Shown here: one piece after another, positions 43,601 through 52,676 of the stretch
Layout of the letters: every line of letters starts with the position of its first letter
Numbering within the stretch: position 1 is the first letter of the stretch
Virus record (IMG/VR): IMGVR_UViG_3300045988_159113
Length of the DNA stretch: 64,000 bases
Direction: 5' to 3' (one strand)
Origin: a virus
Position numbers and translations under genes: made by a program
Notes under the pieces: model-generated
What the model was told of the DNA's origin: nothing
The model's database searches: none
Seen by the model: only the letters and a program-made list of their open reading frames with translations

Positions 43601-46600
43601 CAAGCTCGCCAAGGGATTTTGCAGTATCAAATTTAGTTTGAAGTTCTGCGTTTACAAGTGCAGTATGCGTAGGATCATTCGATAATTTATAAACAGCCGT
43701 GACATCAGAATCATCAGCTGCTGCTATACCATTGCGACGTGCATAATCAGCAAGATCATTCAGTTTTGTTCTTGATGTAGTAGTAGCGTATAAATCATCA
43801 GCTATCAAATTGCCGGCTGCATCTTTTGCACCATATGTTCCAACTCTTCCCTCAATGAGTCTTTGATTTGCAATTTCTCCAGACTTCAAGCCTCTACCCA
43901 TATCTTCGCGAAGCATCAATGCTATATCTATGTCATCAGCATATCTTGGCGTTGCTGCGTTCGGATCAAAATTAGGATCAATCTTGCCGGAATAATATTC
44001 ACGAAGTGCCTTCTGCTGTTCAGGATTAAGACCATCAAAAAGATTGTCCATGATCTTTGGACCAGCTCCTGCAGTTCCTTTCAGATATTCTTTCGCAAGT
44101 TGTGTCTTCTTATATTGAGGCTGTGGGCCATGCACTCTTTCATAATCTGCTATATAATCAAGCACTGGCTGCTTATCTTTTCTTGTTCCAAACCAATCCT
44201 GGAATTGCTTTGCATCATATGCTTTTGTTCCGGGTTTTCCAGCCTGTTTTTCAATCTCTCTTTCAGTTATTATTTTGTTATCGAGCATATTATCAGTCCT
44301 TGTTCTAACTGCTCCCATGCCACGCGACATTTCAGCATTGGTATTGAGGTAATCCATGGCCCAACCTAAACCTTTACCTAAGTATGCGCGATCAGCTGCT
44401 CTTTGGCCAACTCTCATTCTAAGATTGCGCAATCCATCGGCAGTCTTTGGATCATAAGCGTACCCACTTTTAGTTTTCATTCCATCCCAGAATCCAACCT
44501 CATCGGTAAAGTCTCCAATCTTCGGACCACGTTTGAAATGACTTGTCCAACCTGTTGCCTTAGTCCAACCATCAGGCATAACAACAGGAGCATTTGGATT
44601 TACACCAACAGATATATCATGAGCTTTTACTTGGTTCAATCCTTCAAATTTAGATTTGGCAGCATCAAGTCCAGCAACTTCCTATAATTCAGCAAGTTTT
44701 GTATCATATGCTGTCTTTTCTGCAGCACTCAAACTTGATATTTCAGTATCGGCAGGCTTGCCGATTCCTTTCATGACTTGATCTTTGCCTATTGCATCAG
44801 CTGCCGTCTTATATGCTGAACGCATATTCTTTTGATCCTATACGCTCAGTTTTATTTCTGCTGCATTACCGTCTACATCAACCATATTCAAAACTTTTGG
44901 AGATGTAGGATCAGCATTGTTTGTCAACCAATTGCCAGCATGGACATCATCACTCCAAAGTACATTTGCCTAATGTCTTGTGTTAGAGTACTACAATGCT
45001 TGTTCTGGAGTTCCTGCTTTAGCCCAAGCTTCACCGACAGCCTTATTGACACTTTCTGATGTTGCGCCTTCTGCTTTTACAGCTTTATCAAAAGCTGCCT
45101 TCATTGCTTTCTTCTGCTTAGCTGATACTTTTATCTCGTTGCCATTAGCATCAGTGAAAAGGAAACTATTGCCACGTCCTGCGCCTTCTGATGTTGATGC
45201 CATAGGCTGATAAAGACCTCTAAATGCAGCCTTCGCATTTCTACCAGGAGATAATGCAAGGATAGGATCACTGACAAACGCTGCTGCTTTTCCTGCTATA
45301 TTATTGCCAAATTTAGCTGCAGCTTGTCCAGACAGTGATTTGGTACCAGTAGCAGCTCCGGAAGCCATAGAATAATAAGCATCAAGTTCTCGTGCTTCTT
45401 CGTGAGAAAGCGTGCCTGCTTTATCCTTTGCTCTCAACTCCTTGATTCTATCGAGATTTGACAGAACATTGTAAGCACCCAAGCCTGTCATTCCGAGCTG
45501 TGCTGCTGCCTTTCCTGCTTTTACAAGACCTCCACCAGGTATGAGCATCAAGCCGGTCATTCCTGCGTTTATAGCAAGGTTGCGCATCATCTCACTACGC
45601 GATACGCTGTCATCCATTGCATCAGCTATTAAGTTGCCGACTGTTCCAGCTGTTCCTCCAATGGCACCTATAGCATTACCAATAACAGGAACAAAAGAAG
45701 CAATACCGCTTGCAATATCAAGGTTTGTGCTCCATTTGCGAAGAGATGAACCTTTTTGAGTTCCGGCTTTTTGCTTGCCTTTCTTTACATCTTCAACAGA
45801 CATATTCCTGGCCTTAGCTTCTGCTTCGTATCTCAGTTCACGTTCTGCATCGTTCTACTGATTAGCTTGCTGTCCAAGAGCTGCAAGATCATAACCACTA
45901 GCAGCTTTGATAATTCCACCTGTACGCAAAGCTTCAAGTTTAGCACCATATTTAGCCCAGACATGAGCGCCTCCAGCTGATGTTCTACGACGTCTTGGAT
46001 TCTTCTTTTGATATTCAGATTTTAGATACTGGTATAAAAGTGGAGTTTCTGAATCACTCACATGTACTCTAGAGAATTGTTTTGTTTTCTTGTTGTACAT
46101 CAAAGCGGTTCCGTTCTCGTAGTTTATTGTTTTGTTAAGATAGAAACGATCCTCGTCAACAGGCGTGATATAAGAAGGATTCTTTTCAAATTCCATCATG
46201 ATACCACGCAAAATATTAGAGTTGGTCATTCCATTGGGGCCTAATTGGTTAGGATTAATACGCTGTCCATTCATAACCAACTCGAGCAACTTATCTGCAT
46301 ACTGTGCGTTTCTCTGATCAGAAAGCCAAGATGGTGTAGAATCAGCCTCGCTAGTTCCAGAAATGCCGCTCCATTTATCATGCATTGCCTGATCCCAAGC
46401 TCTGGTATCAAGTTGCTGCTCTTCATTGAATGTGTCGCCTGTCCATCCCCAGTGATTGTTTGCCCAATTCTAATAGTTGCGATTGTATGTTGCATCTCCG
46501 TATTTTCTATCTTTCCAATCTTCCGTGAATTCCTGAAGTGCTGCACGGTACTCTTCTTGAGTAATAACTCCTGCCTTGAGCTCTGCATCAAGCTCCTTCT

Positions 46601-47447
46601 TCTTCATCTTGAGCTGATTATTGTATGATTCAGGATCATCATCAACTTCCTCTTCTTGACCATTGCCAAGTAAACGTTCACGTAATGATCTGCCAAATCC
46701 TATAGCGTCTAATGCTGTTGCATCATTATTGTCGTATGTTCCATCTGCTAATGATGCGGCTGCTTCTGCGAGCTTCTGCTTATAATCTGCAAGATCATGG
46801 AATGCACTACCCTGAAAATCAAACGAGTCATCGTTTAGAGTTCCTGCATAATCGGTAAGCATCTGTGCAAGAGCGTTTGCTCTATTTGTATTACCACGTA
46901 CTCCATTATCGTCTAATGCATCACGATCAACCCAAGATTGAAGATCTGCATCCTCATTTCCGCCATAGAATCTATTCCAGAAATATTTTCTAAGAGCGCC
47001 AAAGTTATACTTTTCTTTTTCTTTAGCTTTAGGTGCTTCATATTGAGGCGCTGATTCCAAAATCTTGTCTAACAAGCCAAGACCATATGATTGCATCTTG
47101 TTATCATCTCCAAGAAATGTTCCAGAGTAGATCATACCATCGCCACGTCTCAAAGACCCATCACGCAGTCCTTGCTGGATTTTTGCAGCTTCATTCAAAA
47201 ACTGATTATATTTCTTGCTGCCTCTACGGAATCCTATATGCTCAGCAAACAAAGGAATATTCTTTTCGTAAAGTTCTGCAAGCTTAGCAGCATCATATTT
47301 CCCACTTGATGTCTAAAATAATACGGGCTGCTCTTCATCGGAAACGGGGGCCTCTACAACTACCTATTCCTTAGGCACAGATGGATCACTTCCAACTACC
47401 GTTCCGCCTGTTTGTAATTTTTTAATATATTGACTCATATTTTGCAT
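40605..47447 (-). CDS. 2280-aa giant protein with glycine-zipper/hydrophobic region and Thr/Pro/Gly linker (ejection or cargo-type candidate)
   Basis: ATG 47445..47447 is the first ATG after in-frame TAA 47448 and lies just downstream of a terminator. It ends at TGA 40605..40607. It has 18 in-frame TAGs and no other stops (hand-scanned). The segment IASGIASFVPVIGNAIGAIGGTAGTVGNLI...MTGLMLIPGGGLVKAG is glycine-zipper-like. Confidence 0.8.
42537..42713 (-). repeat. low-complexity Thr/Pro/Gly/Ala linker
   Basis: Encodes PRTTRPRPRPAVTPTTGGGTTTTPTTGGAPTGGTAAPTTPPSATTAPTPAGGSTTTAPP. This is a local GC spike that spawns spurious ORFs on both strands. Confidence 0.8.
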
Positions 47448-47454
47448 TTAAACT

Positions 47455-47486
47455 AAAAAAGGAGGTATAAATTATTATATACCTCC
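47455..47486 (-). terminator. rho-independent terminator after the small GC-rich gene
   Basis: On the - strand, GGAGGTATA-TAATAATT-TATACCTCC forms a 9-bp stem followed by TTTTTT. It lies 30 nt after TAA 47516..47518. Confidence 0.75.
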
Positions 47487-47515
47487 TCCGTCCTTAAACC
47501 ATTAATTTCTATTTA

Positions 47516-47887
47516 TTACCTACGGATGTAGCCTACGAGTTTACCACCTCTGCGATACACGGGCTCGCCCTGAGGAGCTTCCTGCTTGGGTGCGCCTCCG
47601 CCCTGCTGCATCATCTGGATAAACTGCACAATGCCATCGCAAGCCTGCATAGCAGTATTGCAGTCCTGACTCTGTAAAGCCTGAGCTGCCATCTGGCCGA
47701 TCTGCATCAACATTTCCATTGGATCACCGCCACCCTGAGGTGCACCGCCCTCCTGGGGCTGCTCTGCGGGTTCCTCTTCCATGGGAGCCTCAGCGGGAGC
47801 TCCACCTTCAGCTGGTGCGTCTACAGGACCGCCCTGCTGGAACTTCTTAACGCCCACAACGGGCACATTACGAAATCGAATATTCAT
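47516..47887 (-). CDS. 123-aa Gly/Ala/Pro/Gln/Glu-rich protein with basic termini (abundant virion or scaffold-like candidate)
   Basis: Complete ATG-to-TAA ORF at about 55-58% GC. It has no TAG codon, its own downstream terminator and a repeat-rich upstream region. Confidence 0.7.
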   Translation of the reverse strand: MNIRFRNVPVVGVKKFQQGGPVDAPAEGGAPAEAPMEEEPAEQPQEGGAPQGGGDPMEMLMQIGQMAAQALQSQDCNTAMQACDGIVQFIQMMQQGGGAPKQEAPQGEPVYRRGGKLVGYIRR

Positions 47888-47974
47888 ATTTGTTGTTAAG
47901 TTTAATTAAACGTTTCGAGAATTAACGCAACAATTATAGTATTAAATTATCACATTATATGAATTACTTTTTAA

Positions 47975-48107
47975 TGGACACGAAAAATATAGTATATATA
48001 CTGGATACGAAAAGACCGCTATGGTGGACACGAAAAAACATTTTTCCTCATTCAAGTTTAAGCGTATACTGGACACACCTTTTTTACTTATATACTTGGA
48101 CACACCT
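47975..48107. repeat. five direct copies of TGGACAC (GTGTCCA on the - strand), three extended to TATACT(T)GGAyAC
   Basis: Copies lie at 47975, 48002 (TGGATAC), 48025, 48070 and 48097, giving spacings of 27, 23, 45 and 27 nt. The first three are followed by CGAAAAA and the last two by ACCT. They sit in the intergenic region upstream of gene 47516..47887. Confidence 0.7.
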
Positions 48108-48111
48108 CGAA

Positions 48112-49986
48112 TCACTCTTCTCCTCTTTTTGTTCCTCCTTGGATAAGCTTTCCGTTTAAGTTTAGCCAATTCTCCGGATTTTCTCTAGTTTGGAAATATC
48201 TGATATATTCCTCATCTGTATATTGTGTTCCGTCTTTCTTCTTATGATCCTTTGGCGGTGTATAGATCCACCTGTCCCCGTCTTGTTTCCATGCATCTTT
48301 ATTTACTCCTGGCCATGTGATATGCGGTTCTAATTTATAGTCTCCGTTCATATGCGGCCAGTTCCAGAATTTATTTTTTGGTGCTTCTTTAGCTGCTTCT
48401 CGATCTTTCTTTTGCCACTCGTCGTATTCATTTTCGAAAAACGTGTGATAATCGTATGTTCCATCATCTACATCTATCCCTCTACCTCTTAACATATCAA
48501 GGAAAGCCTCGTATTGCCAATCTGTCTTTTTTCCTGGGATTGGATAAGCAGCTTGTACTTTTCCGCGGTATTTCTCACCATCTCCGAATATGAAGCCGAT
48601 GCTAGAGGGCAACCACTCGGTGGCTTTTATATAGTCCTCTTTTGTGTATGGCTTACCGTTCTCGTCAACCTGTCCCTCTGTTGGCCTTATAAACCAATCG
48701 CCGTTGAATAATATAAGGTTCGGGTACCAATCATCAGGTCCCTTTTTCCCGATGTATCTAACATCGTAAGGATTAAAGGCGTAATCTTGCAACTCATCAG
48801 CTATATATGAGTTTTGCGCGTTTCTGTAATTCTTAAACACTTCTGGTTCGTGTTTCTTTTTAATACTTCCGCCTTTTTTATGTTCCTCGATTTTCTCTTT
48901 ATCTTCGGGTTTATCAAAGTCTTTCATCTTTATGACAAAACGGCCATCAACTTCACGATTGCGCATTTTCTGATACGCCTCATCTATAGCTTCTGCTGTG
49001 GGTTCTATCTCTTCAACAATAGGGAAGATGTTGGCTTTAATAGAGAAATCAACGCATAGCTATGTCTCGCTTATTCCTCCGATCAGACTTCCGAAAAGTT
49101 CAACACCTGGAAACTCAAGTATCAAGTCTTTGATAGAGATGTCGGGACATTCATCATATGGAGGAATGCCTACTATTGCAAGCTTTCCGCCACAATGCAA
49201 GAGTCTCATGTATTTTTTGAGGTCGTAATTATACGGGATTGTTATAATTCCAAAATCAAACTTTTTCTCAAAAGACTCATCAATCTCTCCGTCCTCCTCT
49301 ATTTTTGCAAACTTTACATCTACTGCACGTGCTAATTCTTCCCTATCCTCTATATCAAAAGCTACAACCTGGCAGTTTATAGCTTTGAGATATTGGGCCG
49401 CCATATGGCCAAGACCACCAAAGCCTGCAACAAAAACAGTTGAACCTTCCTCTACGTTAGCCTGTCTGATAGGTGAGAATGTAGTAATACCAGCACACAT
49501 GAGGGAAGGGATCTTTGGGAGATCTTCCTCTTTACAGTCTACCTTTATTGCAAAGTCTTGCTTTACAACATAACACGTAGAATATCCGCCTTGTGTTATC
49601 TCATCGTTATCATCCCAGTTTTTAGCGTTGTAAGTGAGAACCATTTTCTTGCATTCCTGTTCTCTGCCATGATCGCAAGCACAACACTCACCGCATGAGT
49701 TAATCATGCAGCCTATGCCTGCATAATCTCCAGCTTTGAATTTCTTGACATCCTTTCCGCAACGGATAACTTTTCCAACTATCTCATGACCAGGCACAAG
49801 TGGAAAGTTAGCTTCTCCCCAATGGTTTTCCACAGCGTGGAGATCACTATGACAAATACCAGCATATAAAATTTCAATAAGTATATCATCATCACTAATA
49901 GCGGGACGTGTAAATTCTATCCTCTGGAAATTTTGATGTGGGCCTTGAAGACCAAAGCCTACACATTTTATTCGTTCAATATCCAT
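48112..49986 (-). CDS. 624-aa fusion: Zn-dependent alcohol dehydrogenase (cinnamyl-ADH/YahK-like, about 345 aa) plus a C-terminal domain of about 270 aa with unknown function
   Basis: ADH motifs: GICHSDLH, GHEIVG, a structural-Zn Cys cluster CMINSCGECCACDHGREQEC and GFGGLGHMAAQ. A single in-frame TAG at 49060..49062 gives LIGGISET[Q]LCVDF...IDEAYQKM...GRFVIKM. Stop is TGA 48112..48114. TAATG junction upstream. Confidence 0.8.
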
Positions 49987-51098
49987 TACTTTTTGTTTTT
50001 GTCAAGCTGTACATACTCTGCATCTCTTCCATCCTGTGCGTCTAATTCTTTGAAGACATAACGCCCAAGACTTGCGCAATATTTCTCATATTCCGGACGT
50101 TTCCGATTTTTCCACGCCCTCTTTGCTTTTGTTATTATTACTTTTGTTGATTTTCTTGACATGATACGCTGGCCGGATTTGAGCTGGTACTAAGTCTCCC
50201 CATCACTTCCCAAAACTTCCATAACGTATTCATCATCATCTCCTGGAAGCTCAAGCTCATCTCCTGGTTTTACATCAGCATCTGGGTTAAGCTCTACCAC
50301 AAACTACACATCGTCTTCGTGGATAAGGTTTTCAGATAATGGTGCACCTTCTTTGACAGAGATGCATTCGAAATCTTCATTGAAAAAGCAGATTTTGAGG
50401 GGTATCTCTGTGTCTTTCATCCAATAGTCAACACTACACGGTTTGTCGTAGTAGAAGATCATACCCTGATCTTTTCCAAGATAGCTGACATTTTGCAAAC
50501 CTTCGGCTTTCTCCTCTTCGGTCTTAGCCTCCCAGAGATGGTAGGTGTTGTTCCCTATCTTCGCCTCTACTGTTGGCTTCTCTGGTTGCTGTTTTGACTC
50601 TTCTTGTTTTGCTCCTTGCTATTCTTTCTGGATATTTCCGCCAGTCTTGAACAACTGCATTCCATTGAATGCACGCAATACATGGTCATCATCCATAAGA
50701 GCCAAAAGCTTCTTCATAGATGAGCCGTGCTTTTTCTTGTTTTCTCTTATCTCTTTGATATCTTCGACTGTGTATTTCTTGTCAGATTTAACTGATCCGA
50801 TCACATCTTTCAGCATATCAGAGAACCCGTCGGTCTCGTACGCTATATCAGGGCCTCCCATAGTTATGATGATCTCACTATTACCTCCAAGGATCTTTTC
50901 AAGTCGTGAAGGTTTATAATCATCAAGGCCGTTTGTAAGCCCAAGAGCTTTTAATACAGAACAGATAAGGCAGTCGAGGTTATCGCTATCATTCAGAACT
51001 GCCTGAGGTTTCATTTCCTCCTTTATTTCCTCCTCCTTCTTCGGCTCTTTCTCCTGTGGTATTGTCTCCTCCACAAGATCCTTGAATGTCTTTTTCAT
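49986..51098 (-). CDS. 370-aa protein with central DUF192 (COG1430-like) domain
   Basis: ATG 51096..51098 to TAA 49986..49988. In-frame TAGs at 50619, 50304 and 50190. The DUF192 pattern reads GLQNVSYLGKDQGMIFYY...DYWMKDTEIPLKICFF...DDV[Q]FVVELNPDADVKPGDEL. Confidence 0.7.
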
Positions 51099-51495
51099 GA
51101 TAATATGCCAAATAAAAATATTTTTTCTTTATATAATCACCATTTAATTCTCGCCTGGCCTGTGCAAACATCTCATAATAGTTGGGAATTTCCACCATAT
51201 CCTGCAACTCTTCGAGTTCCATTTCTCGTATGGCTTCCATTTCCACATTCTCGAGTTGTTCTTTTGTAAGCTATGCATCGTGATATTTGGATCTCATATC
51301 AAACGCTGGGGCGTTCTCTTTTATGAATTGTTTGTATTTATACATCACGATCATCATTTCGATAGAGATCCCAAGCGCAGACTCAAACCCATAATACATA
51401 TAACACGGAAGATCCACATAGTGGAATTGTACGGGGTCTCTCCATATGAAAAATTTTTTCTTTAGATTGACCCCGTATTTTATGCTTCTTTTCAT
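50989..51495 (-). CDS. 168-aa hypothetical protein
   Basis: ATG 51493..51495 (ATGA overlap upstream), one TAG at 51271, TGA at 50989. The last 110 nt overlap the next gene in a purine-rich tract, so the true 3' end is uncertain. Confidence 0.5.
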
Positions 51496-52676
51496 ACTTT
51501 GATCTGCTTAATCAACCCGACGCGGTCGTCGGTGTTCTCCATCATCTCTTCAGCGATAAGCTTACCGGCTTCAATAGCAAACTCTTGTTTCTCTTGTGCG
51601 TCATCGCTCTCGTTATACTTATCGCGCAGTTTCTCTACTTTCTCTGTGAGATCAGCGGAAAGGATCCATTCAGAATGTTCTATCTCTGCCACCTATTCCA
51701 CTTGCTACCCATCTTTTGCTATCGTCACGACGGGGATGCCCTTATGTGTTATTTCACCTTTAAGGTCATCCCTCACCTCTTCGATATGGTGTTTGTCTTT
51801 ATGGAGTGCACCCTCTGGCAAAAGAGACATCTGCCCTCCATTCTGGAACATATCGATCGTGTCAATGACTGGCACGTATTCTATCGGTTCCTGTTTTGCG
51901 TGTTGCTTCCTGTGATTATATGCCACACGGTGAGCTATCTAATACTAAGATGGCAATATTCCGCCTTTCTTAGCACTCATCGGCATAGCCGACCAATCCG
52001 TACCATTCATCATATTTTGATATTGCTGGTTATTCATATCTTGCTGATTGGCTAATGCATCCATCAGCATTTTGTTTTGGTTCATTATAGATGCCATGTT
52101 GTTTTGTAGTCTTCCAGCTGCTGCCATCTCATCATTTGCTCGGCCTAATGCTTTCCTACTAAACAGGCCATATTTCTTTCCTGACTTCTCTGCTGCATCC
52201 ATAACATCATCGGCAGCTCCTGAATAAGAATCACCACCAAGTGCCAAGGTCTAGGTGTCAGCTTCCATAGTGTCGGATTTCTTAGCTCCTAAAGCATTGA
52301 TGAGCCCGAAAGGAGTAAGAGCCATAAATGACGAATCCAAGAACGCATCAGTCTTTGTCATTCCCGAAGTCCCGACTCCCATAGAATGCAAGGCTTTTGC
52401 CCCCAATGCTCCGAGCTTCATAATACCGCCAGCCATTGGGTTAATCTAACCGACAGCATCAGCAACGCCATTGTATCCTGCATCTAGTCCTGCGGACAGA
52501 TTGCCATATCTTCCTTGGTAGTTATCAGGTTCAGGGAACAAACCACCTAGTGCATTTGCAGCATTGCCTACTGTTCCCCAGATGGCACCAGGAGAAGCTG
52601 CTGTTTGTTTTAGTCCATCGCTTCCTTTACCGGTACTTACGACTCTACCGCTTGCTGCGTTATTTTCTGTACTCAT
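51492..52676 (-). CDS. 394-aa virion-module protein
   Basis: ATG 52674..52676 (ATGA overlap upstream) to TGA 51492..51494. Six in-frame TAGs at 52446, 52251, 51945, 51939, 51705 and 51693. The frame was hand-scanned and has no other stops. Confidence 0.75.

Noticed and set aside
7475-47447. Fragmented leftward ORFs explained as a decayed or pseudogenised region.
   Set aside because: Decay would give a mix of TAA, TGA, TAG and frameshifts. Here every break is TAG, frames hold for up to 15 kb, and conserved motifs continue across the breaks.
47975-48107. CRISPR array.
   Set aside because: The repeats are only 7-13 nt, the spacing is irregular (23-45 nt), there are two flank subtypes, and there are no cas genes. 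A regulatory repeat array fits better.
47400-48200. Chimeric assembly suggested by the jump in GC: about 30% to the left of 47.4 kb versus 40-58% in parts of 47.5-62.3 kb.
   Set aside because: TAG recoding, strand polarity, coupled gene junctions and terminator style are the same on both sides. The GC peaks coincide with specific genes (amino-acid composition and codon adaptation), not with a single breakpoint.
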